Source: Candidatus Babelota bacterium
Lineage (GTDB): Bacteria; Babelota; Babeliae; Babelales; GCA-2401785
Reading direction: 5' to 3'
NCBI GenBank assembly: GCA_042576345.1
Contig: JBHPCE010000001.1
Span: 1-61,831, forward strand
DNA: 61,831 nt
The notes under the pieces were generated by a model. It was not told the DNA's origin. It ran no database searches and saw only the letters and a list, made by a program, of their open reading frames with translations. Within the stretch, counting starts at the first letter, position 1, and each line of letters begins with the position of its first letter. A program made the position numbers and the translations under genes. Below are positions 1-8,372 of this stretch, in pieces.

Positions 1-1
1 G

Positions 2-1384
2 CTCAAAGTTCATGATTTGGTTTTAAGCCGAGATTTGCAAGGCAATTTGATACACGTTCGAATAAAATCGATTAAAAAACACAAAGTAGATTATATTTTT
101 GGAGTTTACACAGAGGGCTCAAGGCAACGCTACATCTCACTTTCACCATCTCAAACTTTGTACGACCCAGTGCGAGACGAGTGGGTTCAGGCTCAACACA
201 TAGACAAAAACACAGTTCTTTTGGATTCAGATGGCAATCATGTTGCCGTGACCAAAGTTGTCGTTCAAAAAGTTCCACAAAGGCATTTGGACAAAAATAT
301 TAGCAGTTGCTTTGCATATCCGTTTGAGCTTGAGCATTCAAATGTATTTTTCATCGTTGCCAGAAACTACAGCAATCCTTCCACTTTTCGATACATCCTA
401 GCCCACAATGGTCTACCCGCGCTTCTGCCCATAGCTGCAACGGCCTCGTTTTCTTTCGGTTCCTCGTTATCTTCATTAACCCTTACTGGAGCGACATTAA
501 GTGTCGGTAAAATTGGTCTTTCGCTGGGAATTGGGCTAACAGGAGTCGGCGTTGCCGTTTGCGTTGGCATCGCTGGCTACAAGGTTTTCAACTACTTTTT
601 CACAAAAAAACCACCAGAATTCATCGAGAGGGCAGGCAAAATTGATTCCTGGGCAAGTGACCCAAGGCCAAAGCGCACAGGAAACGCCATTGCGGCCCTT
701 CGTGACAGCGGCGAGCTTGGCGTGGTTGGAATCCAAAACTCCCAAACTCCGACTGAAAGCCCTCATCCAGCCATAACAGTCTTTGAAAATGACAATCCTT
801 CGGTAGGAATTATCGACTATGCTTTGAACTTGAATGATGAAAATCAAAAGGGAGATAAAGAAAAAGCAAAACAAAAAGATGAAGACAACGAAGTTTGTGC
901 TGCCGCCGGAGGTGGGCCACCGAAAAAGCCAGAAGATGATGACGACAAAGATGAAGAAAAAAAAGATGAGCAATCATCGGATAAAGAAGACAAAAATCAA
1001 GATAAACCAAAACAAGAAAAACCAATAGAAGATCTTGACAAAGAAACTATCATTAAAAAATTATCGGCTCTAGGTGCTGGATCTGTTGAAAAACTTCGAA
1101 GAAACTGGAAAACAATAAATCATTTTTTAAAACATACCAAGAGAGAACTTAAAAGAGCTCTTAAAAACTTTAAAAAACTTAAAAATACACATATAGAAAA
1201 AAGAAGAAATTACAATCGAGATCCCTACAAATACGACAATTTAGGAAAGTTAAAAAACGCAAAATCTCAGGAAGAAATAAACCGAACAATTTCAACACGT
1301 GACAATGAATTGGGCAATCAAATTTCTTTTCAAAATTTTTGTATAACTATAATCATTGCCTTATTGGATCTTAAAAAAGGGTAA
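2..1384 (+). CDS. Hint (Hedgehog/intein-like) domain protein with its 5' end outside the window. It carries a glycine-zipper hydrophobic segment and a charged C-terminal region, and is a candidate polymorphic-toxin-type protein.
   Basis: The frame is open back to base 2 (LKVHDLVLSRD...), so the TTG at 17 is probably not the true start. The block order DLVLSRD..GNL..V.I / EWVQAQHI.KNTVLLDSDGN.V.V / FELEHSNVFFIV....YILAHN matches Hint/bacterial intein-like domains that end in HN. This is followed by GIGLTGVGVAVCVGIAG and a K/E/D-rich tail. Confidence 0.5.
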   Translation, partial: LKVHDLVLSRDLQGNLIHVRIKSIKKHKVDYIFGVYTEGSRQRYISLSPSQTLYDPVRDEWVQAQHIDKNTVLLDSDGNHVAVTKVVVQKVPQRHLDKNISSCFAYPFELEHSNVFFIVARNYSNPSTFRYILAHNGLPALLPIAATASFSFGSSLSSLTLTGATLSVGKIGLSLGIGLTGVGVAVCVGIAGYKVFNYFFTKKPPEFIERAGKIDSWASDPRPKRTGNAIAALRDSGELGVVGIQNSQTPTESPHPAITVFENDNPSVGIIDYALNLNDENQKGDKEKAKQKDEDNEVCAAAGGGPPKKPEDDDDKDEEKKDEQSSDKEDKNQDKPKQEKPIEDLDKETIIKKLSALGAGSVEKLRRNWKTINHFLKHTKRELKRALKNFKKLKNTHIEKRRNYNRDPYKYDNLGKLKNAKSQEEINRTISTRDNELGNQISFQNFCITIIIALLDLKKG

Positions 1385-1389
1385 GTTTT

Positions 1390-1983
1390 ATGGAAATAAA
1401 GATTGACTATTTTGAATACATCTGTAACAGAATTATTTATGAAACTATATCTATGGGGTTTACCTCTATAGACATTAATGAATTTGATTTTTATTGGTGC
1501 ATTGTAGCAAGTGAGGAATATGATGACGATCCTCCCGAAGTTTGTATGGGCTCCTTGCTTGATGAGCGGGAATGGCTCTATTCAGTCTTAGACGATTCTG
1601 AAGACAACATGCCCATTATTTGCCACTACGAATGGCTTAGTCGTGTGATACAGGCTTTAAGTTATTTGGTTTTCAAGGGCAAAAAGCCAAATAAAACAGT
1701 CGATGAAACTATAGAAGTCAAAACAATCTCTCGCATTTTTGACGCCTTGGTTTTGGAGCCCAAAAAGCATGGAATAAGTTTTTTTAATATCGACTTTGAC
1801 CATCACTGGGATATAAAAATTGAAGATTTATTTGACACTTCTAAACAACCTGTACCTGTAAAATGCTCCTTGGGAAAAGATTATAAATGTTTGAAAGACA
1901 TGCTTGAAACAAATCAATTTAAACTTGCAGAGGCTCTGGAATGTTTGGCTCATTTAACAAAGGCAATCGGTTATTATAGCTAA
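1390..1983 (+). CDS. Small cytoplasmic protein, paralog 1 of 3 (candidate immunity protein)
   Basis: The ATG lies 5 nt after the upstream stop. The motif FDFYW...C.GSL.DE.EWL is shared with the next two ORFs. The protein itself looks like two copies of one module: FDFYWCIV...GSLLDEREWL...LSYL and DFDHHWDIKI...CSLGKDYKCL...AIGYY. Confidence 0.7.
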   Translation: MEIKIDYFEYICNRIIYETISMGFTSIDINEFDFYWCIVASEEYDDDPPEVCMGSLLDEREWLYSVLDDSEDNMPIICHYEWLSRVIQALSYLVFKGKKPNKTVDETIEVKTISRIFDALVLEPKKHGISFFNIDFDHHWDIKIEDLFDTSKQPVPVKCSLGKDYKCLKDMLETNQFKLAEALECLAHLTKAIGYYS

Positions 1984-2025
1984 AGGAAATTATCCCTTTT
2001 ATTAAATCAAAAAGGCTTAAGAAAG

Positions 2026-2690
2026 ATGCCACAAACAATATTTATCGCCCTCGAAAAACTAGAACAAGTCGGCTTGCGCATTTTCGAAGATGCTAAACAT
2101 CTATCACCCAAAAATCTTTGTTTAAATTGCATAAGTATCGATTACTGCTGGACCGCTTGTCCGGAAAACAAAAAACCTTCTTCCAAAAACCTGATGCCTG
2201 CATAGGTTCATTAAGCTCAAATTGGGAATGGTTGTCGAAAGTCTTGAATGGTCAAAACAGCTTTTCAGTAACTGATTTTGAAATGCTTGGTAAAATGCTT
2301 TGTGCGTTTGGATATTTTATGCAAACACCTAGTTGTATGAATTCAGAATGTTCATGTGGCGATTCAGAAAAGGTATCTCTAGCCAACCTAAAAAGCTTGT
2401 TCAATATATTCATTGACGCGATGAGTAAAAACAATTTTTATGACCTAGACTGCCAATCTATAGGCATTAATTATTGGGGCTTTAAAACGAACGAAAAGTA
2501 CAACTTCGAAAATAAAGAAACGGCCCCTGAGCCAACTAAATTTATAATCAAAGATACCTGGAACAAATTTCTGTCATTACGTAAGCACAATGCCATTTCG
2601 CTTGGAGATAGGCTTTCAATTTTGGGAGACATAATAAACATTTGCGGTGAAGTTGTATCCAATTCTGAACAACCATGGCTTTTATTTTGA
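2026..2690 (+). pseudogene. Paralog 2 of 3, disrupted by a -1 nt frameshift
   Basis: The ATG at 2026 gives MPQTIFIALEKLEQVGLRIFEDAKHLSPKNLCLNCISIDYCWTACPENKK... and stops at 2203-2205. The rest of the homology (KPDACIGSLSSNWEWLSKVL...) continues in the frame of tracked ORF 2118-2690. One extra base in the A-runs at 2170-2175 or 2184-2188 would join the two frames. Confidence 0.65.
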
Positions 2691-2696
2691 GGAAAT

Positions 2697-3314
2697 TTGT
2701 CAGTGACTCTAAAAATTAGCGAGCTAGAAGCTCTGTCGATATATGGTCTTAAAAATTTAACCAAATTAAAAATTGAGTCATTTGATTTCTCTTCTACAGA
2801 TTTTTATTGGGTAGTTTTTAGAGAAGATATGACTAAAAAGGGTGTAGCCCCTACCAATCTGGGTGTTGGATCTCTGCAGGATGAGTGGGAATGGCTTCAA
2901 GATATTTTTGATGATGAACAAATTGCCGTGACAATGGATTTCAACTACCTGGGGAGCCTTACCAGAACTATAAGCTATCTTATTTCCAATGGTTTGTTCT
3001 CTTCTAAGGCCTCAAATCAACAGTTCAACAAGCCTGTAAGAGTTGCGAAAATTCAAGATCTGTATGAAGCAATTTTTAAGAGTATTTTGGAATGTAGAAT
3101 TGAGGAAGTGGCTGTTGAGCATAATTTTTACTGGGTACTGGATATAGAAGATTCTTATTGTTTTGAAAAGATTCCAAAACCACGACAAAGGAAATTGACG
3201 GATGATATGAAATTCTTACGAGAGCAGATGAAAAACAAAAAAATGGATCACGACACTTTGGCTTTGTTTTTTGAGCGTCTTGGTAGCGTAATTAGGCTTG
3301 CAGATTTTCTTTAG
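2697..3314 (+). CDS. Paralog 3 of 3 (candidate immunity protein)
   Basis: It carries TDFYWVVF...GVGSLQDEWEWLQDIF plus a second module HNFYWVLDIED.... The GTG at 2703 sits 9 nt after GAGGA and may be the real start rather than the TTG at 2697. Confidence 0.7.
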   Translation: MSVTLKISELEALSIYGLKNLTKLKIESFDFSSTDFYWVVFREDMTKKGVAPTNLGVGSLQDEWEWLQDIFDDEQIAVTMDFNYLGSLTRTISYLISNGLFSSKASNQQFNKPVRVAKIQDLYEAIFKSILECRIEEVAVEHNFYWVLDIEDSYCFEKIPKPRQRKLTDDMKFLREQMKNKKMDHDTLALFFERLGSVIRLADFL

Positions 3315-3328
3315 AACTGAAAACGCTT

Positions 3329-4009
3329 CTAGCACCTGGACAAACTACCACCCTCCAGGTGATACACTTCATCCATCCGGTTCCACACCGTTTTGTCATG
3401 CGTACAAACTATTAAGCCATTTCCATGTTTTTCCTTGCCCCTTAGCAAAAGCTGGGTAATTTTTTCTGCGTTTTCCGCATCCAAGTTGCCTGTAGGCTCA
3501 TCTGCAAGAATGAATGAGGGAAGATTCATCATCGCCCGCACCAAGGCCACACGCTGTTGTTGTCCCCCAGAAAGTTGATTTGGAAAAAGGTCAATTTGCT
3601 TTTCAAGCCCAACTTCGCAGAGTAACTCCTTTGCTCTTCTGCTAGCATAATCCTCCTTGATTCCCCCAATTATTCCCGAAATAGCGGCGTTCTGGAGAAC
3701 TGACAGCTCACCAATCAGATAGTGAAACTGAAACATAAAGCCTATGGTTTTCCTCCTAAAATCGTTCACACTGTCTTCGCTCATCTTGAAAATGTCTTGC
3801 TCTCCAAGTTTAACCGTACCAGAGCTGGGATTGTCCAACCCTCCCAAAAGATGCATCAGTGTGGATTTTCCGCTTCCAGAAGCACCGGTTATAGCGTAAG
3901 ATCTTCCCTGCTCAAAAGAAACAGAAATGTCCTGCAAAACATTGGTCACTTTGCCACAATCTTGGACATAGGACTTTGAAAGGTTTTCCGCTGTGAGAGT
4001 TTGTTTCAT
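3329..4009 (-). CDS. ABC transporter ATP-binding protein, LolD/MacB/FtsE type
   Basis: Walker A is GASGSGKST, the signature is [14 protein letters not shown] and Walker B is [11 protein letters not shown]. The H-loop reads [20 protein letters not shown] resembles the LolD-type Q-loop region. Confidence 0.9.
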   Translation of the reverse strand: MKQTLTAENLSKSYVQDCGKVTNVLQDISVSFEQGRSYAITGASGSGKSTLMHLLGGLDNPSSGTVKLGEQDIFKMSEDSVNDFRRKTIGFMFQFHYLIGELSVLQNAAISGIIGGIKEDYASRRAKELLCEVGLEKQIDLFPNQLSGGQQQRVALVRAMMNLPSFILADEPTGNLDAENAEKITQLLLRGKEKHGNGLIVCTHDKTVWNRMDEVYHLEGGSLSRC

Positions 4010-4584
4010 TTTTTTAACTTTTCTCTTTCTTCTATAAGTTTCTTATTTTCTATATACAATTCACGCCCCTTTTCATCCAAACGATTATTAAGTTCAGTAT
4101 ACATCTGGAGTAATTCACTGCTACGCAAAACTTCCTTTTTGAGGTCCTTACTTTTTTTTTCCCAATTACCAAATATCGAATCCCACCTTTTTACTATCCA
4201 ACCGCAATCACAAGATAAAGCCCTCGCTAAAAATAGTGGATAAGCAAAAAGCAAGACGACAAATGTAAAATACGAACAAAGAATCGTTTTAAAATGTACT
4301 TTGCTGATATCAATCTGCAAACGAGATTTATAATCGTCTGAATATCGATGCGAAAACCCAATGACTTTACCAAGATAATCTCTAAAACTAATCGTTTTAC
4401 CGGCCTTCTCACACTCCATTTTATATCCTTTAATCGCATAAAAAATTGTGAAACAAAGTGGAACAGGCATAAGACTGATCGCACACATTGTAGGCTTTCC
4501 ACAGCCCCCCATCAAGGGCATATTCAACATAGCAAAAAGTAAAAAAAAGGGCCAAACCAGCCTATAAATTCCACTGCAAACCAT
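4006..4584 (-). CDS. Membrane protein with a C-terminal coiled coil, paralog of 4587-5186
   Basis: It has roughly 3 hydrophobic segments followed by a K/E-rich helix ([50 protein letters not shown]). Its stop overlaps the ABC gene start by 4 nt. It shares ECxxAxKxxSFxxYL with the upstream ORF. Confidence 0.6.
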   Translation of the reverse strand: MVCSGIYRLVWPFFLLFAMLNMPLMGGCGKPTMCAISLMPVPLCFTIFYAIKGYKMECEKAGKTISFRDYLGKVIGFSHRYSDDYKSRLQIDISKVHFKTILCSYFTFVVLLFAYPLFLARALSCDCGWIVKRWDSIFGNWEKKSKDLKKEVLRSSELLQMYTELNNRLDEKGRELYIENKKLIEEREKLKK

Positions 4585-4586
4585 CT

Positions 4587-5186
4587 TTAAACACCTCTAC
4601 CTCTAGTCTTTAACCAAGTATCCATGGCTTTATTTTGCAAATTTAACGCTTCATTAAATTCTCTATAAAATCTTTCAGGCAATGGATTGCCGGCCTCAAG
4701 AGCCTCAAACCTTATGGTAAGATGATTTTCAAATAAATCATTTAGATCTCTTAGTAATTCCAAGTCGCGCGCTGTTATATTGTACTCTTTTTTAATTTTC
4801 CTCAGCGACCTATGCTTTGATTCTACTTGAACCAATCGATCATATAAACAATCAAAAGCTGCAACTTCAGTAAATGAAACGACGAGTGCTAATCCAAAAC
4901 AAATAAAAACCCACACACGCAACCTTCTTATTGGATTACCTTGAGAAATTTTTTTGTCTTCACTAAAAATGTTTTTCAAGTACTCTTTAAATGAAAGCCT
5001 TTTATCAGCAAGCTTACATTCCGCTTTGTAACTTAAATTAAAAATAAAAGTTGATGCTGCCGTGGTCAAAAAACAAACCGGCAACGTGGCAACTGCAAAT
5101 GTTTGTAGCTCACTAAATGAATTGCTGGGTGCTCCATAACACAAAACGCCCATGAACAGAACTAACAACCTCTTAATCTTTTTCAT
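4587..5186 (-). CDS. Membrane protein with a C-terminal helical domain, paralog of 4006-4584
   Basis: It has the same layout of three hydrophobic segments. Its stop abuts the next start with a 2-nt gap. Confidence 0.6.
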   Translation of the reverse strand: MKKIKRLLVLFMGVLCYGAPSNSFSELQTFAVATLPVCFLTTAASTFIFNLSYKAECKLADKRLSFKEYLKNIFSEDKKISQGNPIRRLRVWVFICFGLALVVSFTEVAAFDCLYDRLVQVESKHRSLRKIKKEYNITARDLELLRDLNDLFENHLTIRFEALEAGNPLPERFYREFNEALNLQNKAMDTWLKTRGRGV

Positions 5187-5422
5187 TATCCACCATGTAA
5201 AACGGAAAAAACATTAGCAAGGTCATGGTAACACGATAAGTTTAGCGCGTCAAATCCACGTTATCACGGTCCAAATCTCTCTCTGAAAGCCTGCCCTCGA
5301 ACATTTCAAATGGAGTGTTTGGGCACTTTATTGCTTTATATAAGGTAAATTAGTTAGGGTAACAACCAGTTACGGGGGAATGGAGGTTCCCTTGGCGGTG
5401 TACAAATGTTGCACGCCTACAG

Positions 5423-7789
5423 ATGGGGGTGATCATGAAGAACGAAGAAAAGGAAAGGGAAAAAGAAGCGATTCCCTGTACTCTTCCAGTAATTCCTACA
5501 GTCGACGTAGTCGTATTTCCACAAATGGTTGTTCCGCTTCTCGTACTCGACGAGAAAATCATTGGCGGAGTTTCAAGAGCGGCCGAAAACGACAAAAATG
5601 TACTGATAGTTGCAACCAAGGATCAGCCTGTTGGCTATGACGGCCCAATTGGCACACAAGATCTATTTAGCGTTGGAACCATCGGAAGGGTCTTGAGAGC
5701 AATGACACTTTCTGACGGGAGCATAAAAGTACTCGTTCAAGGAATCAGCCGAGCAAAAATCAAAAACATCACAACAGAAGGCGATGAACTCCAATCGGAA
5801 GTCGAAGAAGTTATATTTAACGTCTGCGAAGATAGAGAAGAAGAAGTCGAAATTAAAATGCGTGAAATGCTCGCCTATGTAGAACAGGTCGGCGAAAGAG
5901 TCCGCGACTATGGACGTGATTTTCAAGTCGTTATGTCGCAAATTCAAGATCCTGAGAGGCTCGTCGATTTTGTAATCTCTCACATGGGTGTCAGCGTCAA
6001 GCACTCACAAATCTTGCTCGAGAAAAATAATATCTTAGACTTACTGGACGGTGTTTTTGAGTTATTCAGAAATGAAGTTGAGCTCGCATCCGTTCAAGAA
6101 GACGTAAAAGTTACTGCCAGAGACTCCATCGACCGCTCACAGCGCGAGTACTTCCTCAAAGAACAGCTCAGAGCAATCCAAAAAGAGCTTGGTGAGTCGA
6201 GTGATTCAGAAAACGACGATTTAAAAGAAAAATTAAGAACGCTGCCATTGTCTGACGAAGCACGAGAAGAAGCTGAAAGGCAGCTGAGAAGATTGGAACA
6301 CACATCGCAAGACTCTCTTGAAGCCACTGTAATTCGAAACCACCTTGAATGGCTCTTTGGGATGCCATGGGGCGTTAAAACAGAAGATATTTGTGAGATA
6401 AAACATGCACAAACAATCTTGGACGAAGACCACTTTGGGCTTGAAAAAGTTAAAGACCGAATCTTAGATTACCTCTCAGTCCGCATGTTCCAGAACGAAT
6501 ACCACGCACCACTGCTCTGTTTAACCGGCCCTCCAGGGGTCGGTAAAACTTCTTTGGGCAAATCCGTTGCTCGCTGCTTAGGCCGAAAGTTTGTCAGAAT
6601 TTCTCTGGGTGGCGTTCATGATGAATCCGAAATACGAGGACACAGACGAACCTACGTAGGCGCTCTTCCTGGCCGAGTCGTTCAGTCCATGAGAAAAGCT
6701 GGCAGCATGAACCCAGTCTTGATGATCGACGAGGTCGACAAACTTGGTCAGTCAAACCGAGGAGATCCAGCTGCAGCGCTTTTAGAAGTTTTAGATCCAG
6801 AACAAAATTCAACATTTTATGACAACTACCTCGGCGTTCCGTTCGATCTTTCTCACGTCATGTTCATCGCAACTTCCAATGACGCCAGCTCAATCCCACC
6901 CGCTCTTCGTGACAGAATGGAAGTCATCGATCTTTCCGGATATTCCAAGCAGGAAAAAGTTCAAATCGCAACCGGGCACTTGGTAGGAAAAGCAATCAAA
7001 AACGCCGGGCTTGAAGAAAAAGGTATTGAATTTTCCGATGAACTTATTGGCGACATCATATCCAGCTATACGCGAGAGGCTGGGGTAAGAGAACTCGAAC
7101 GCTTCATCAGAAGAATATGCGCAAAATTTGCCAGATCCCTGGTTGAAAAAGGTGAAAAAGTAACGTTTACACACGACAACCTTCAACAATATCTTGGGCC
7201 AAGACGAATCCGGTGCGAAAAGGGCACTGGTGAGCGTAAGATTGGCGTTTGCAACGGCCTTGCATGGACACCATATGGAGGACAGGTTCTTCAAGTAGAA
7301 GCCGTTTTAATGCCCGGGCACGGAAAGCTTATTTTGACTGGACAACTTGGTGATGTAATGAAGGAATCAGCTCAAGCTGCCTTGAGCTACATCAGATCAC
7401 ACGCTGACAGATTTAAAATTGACGTCAACGCTTTTGAAGATTTCGACTTACACATACACCTACCTGCAGGTGCAATTCCAAAAGACGGGCCCTCTGCGGG
7501 CATCACACTCCTAGCATCTGTTCTGTCTGTCTTCACAAAAAGACCGCTGGACGGAACCTTTGCGATGACCGGCGAAGTTGATCTTCAAGGCACAATGCTT
7601 CCAATCGGCGGCCTTAAAGAGAAAGTTCTAGCAGCCAAGCAATATGGCGTCAAAACCGTGATTTTGCCAAAAGAAAATGAATGCGACGCGCAAGATGCCC
7701 TTAAATACGCCGAAGGCTTGGACCTGATGTTTGTCGAAAACGTTGAACAAGCATTGGACCGAATACTGCTTCCAGTTGAGAAATTTTAA
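5423..7789 (+). CDS. lon: ATP-dependent Lon protease (LonA), copy 1
   Basis: It has a LonA N-domain, Walker A GPPGVGKTS, Walker B VLMIDEVDK, the catalytic serine motif PKDGPSAGIT and a downstream GGLKEKVLAAK. An alternative start is the ATG at 5435, preceded by GGGGGTG. Confidence 0.95.
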   Translation: MGVIMKNEEKEREKEAIPCTLPVIPTVDVVVFPQMVVPLLVLDEKIIGGVSRAAENDKNVLIVATKDQPVGYDGPIGTQDLFSVGTIGRVLRAMTLSDGSIKVLVQGISRAKIKNITTEGDELQSEVEEVIFNVCEDREEEVEIKMREMLAYVEQVGERVRDYGRDFQVVMSQIQDPERLVDFVISHMGVSVKHSQILLEKNNILDLLDGVFELFRNEVELASVQEDVKVTARDSIDRSQREYFLKEQLRAIQKELGESSDSENDDLKEKLRTLPLSDEAREEAERQLRRLEHTSQDSLEATVIRNHLEWLFGMPWGVKTEDICEIKHAQTILDEDHFGLEKVKDRILDYLSVRMFQNEYHAPLLCLTGPPGVGKTSLGKSVARCLGRKFVRISLGGVHDESEIRGHRRTYVGALPGRVVQSMRKAGSMNPVLMIDEVDKLGQSNRGDPAAALLEVLDPEQNSTFYDNYLGVPFDLSHVMFIATSNDASSIPPALRDRMEVIDLSGYSKQEKVQIATGHLVGKAIKNAGLEEKGIEFSDELIGDIISSYTREAGVRELERFIRRICAKFARSLVEKGEKVTFTHDNLQQYLGPRRIRCEKGTGERKIGVCNGLAWTPYGGQVLQVEAVLMPGHGKLILTGQLGDVMKESAQAALSYIRSHADRFKIDVNAFEDFDLHIHLPAGAIPKDGPSAGITLLASVLSVFTKRPLDGTFAMTGEVDLQGTMLPIGGLKEKVLAAKQYGVKTVILPKENECDAQDALKYAEGLDLMFVENVEQALDRILLPVEKF

Positions 7790-7803
7790 AAAATAACTTC
7801 GTT

Positions 7804-7824
7804 TGGGCGGCCACGTGCCGCCCA
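7804..7824 (+). terminator. GC-rich hairpin downstream of lon
   Basis: The sequence is tGGGCGGC-cacgt-GCCGCCCa. No clear T-tract follows. Confidence 0.45.
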
Positions 7825-7875
7825 GCTCTCATTTTATAGCAATAAACCTATAGTATGCTTCAGATTTCTCTTTAA

Positions 7876-8045
7876 TGTCATCCCAGACTCGATCTGGGAT
7901 CTAGTCCCTTTTTTTGCCAAAAAATAATTTGGTTCGTGAAATTTGATCAAAGCGCCTTGAGCTGAAAAACCCCTATTCAAGCACCATTCAGCATAAAGCA
8001 TTCTGGATTAAGCGGTCTAGATCCCAGATCAAGTCTGGGATGACA
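7876..8045 (+). mobile_element. MITE copy 1 (nested-palindromic, roughly 170 bp)
   Basis: The termini tgtcatcccagactcgatctgggatctag ... ctagatcccagatcaagtctgggatgaca are inverted repeats of each other. Each terminus is also itself a hairpin (atcccaga/tctgggat). Boundaries are uncertain by about 12 bp. Confidence 0.85.
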
Positions 8046-8372
8046 ATTGAAAAAAATAAGTTTAAAACGCTGTCCCCTCAGCCTCCTGCAGGTGTAAATA
8101 CCTAAAGGTGCGCTACTATATCACCTGCTCAGGGCTGTTCTGAAATCAAAACAAAAAAAGCCCCCATAAAATGTTGCAGAATGCGTTTTTTTCACCTTTT
8201 CGCCCATTTTTAAACAAATTTGCAAAAACATTTTTTATAATATATCATAACCTCATGATGGTCTTTAAGAGGACCTGCAAAATGCAGCCTAAGTTGGATA
8301 GCTGCACTGCGAGACGGTCTCGCAACGGGGAAATGCCCCGAATGTATGTTTAATTAACCAAAAGAGAGGTTA

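Noticed and set aside
5187-5422. I looked for CIRCE (TTAGCACTC-N9-GAGTGCTAA) or sigma32-type heat-shock promoters upstream of lon1, lon2 and grpE.
   Set aside because: No convincing match was found. Only a weak GAGTG...CACT inverted repeat near 5310-5330 is present.
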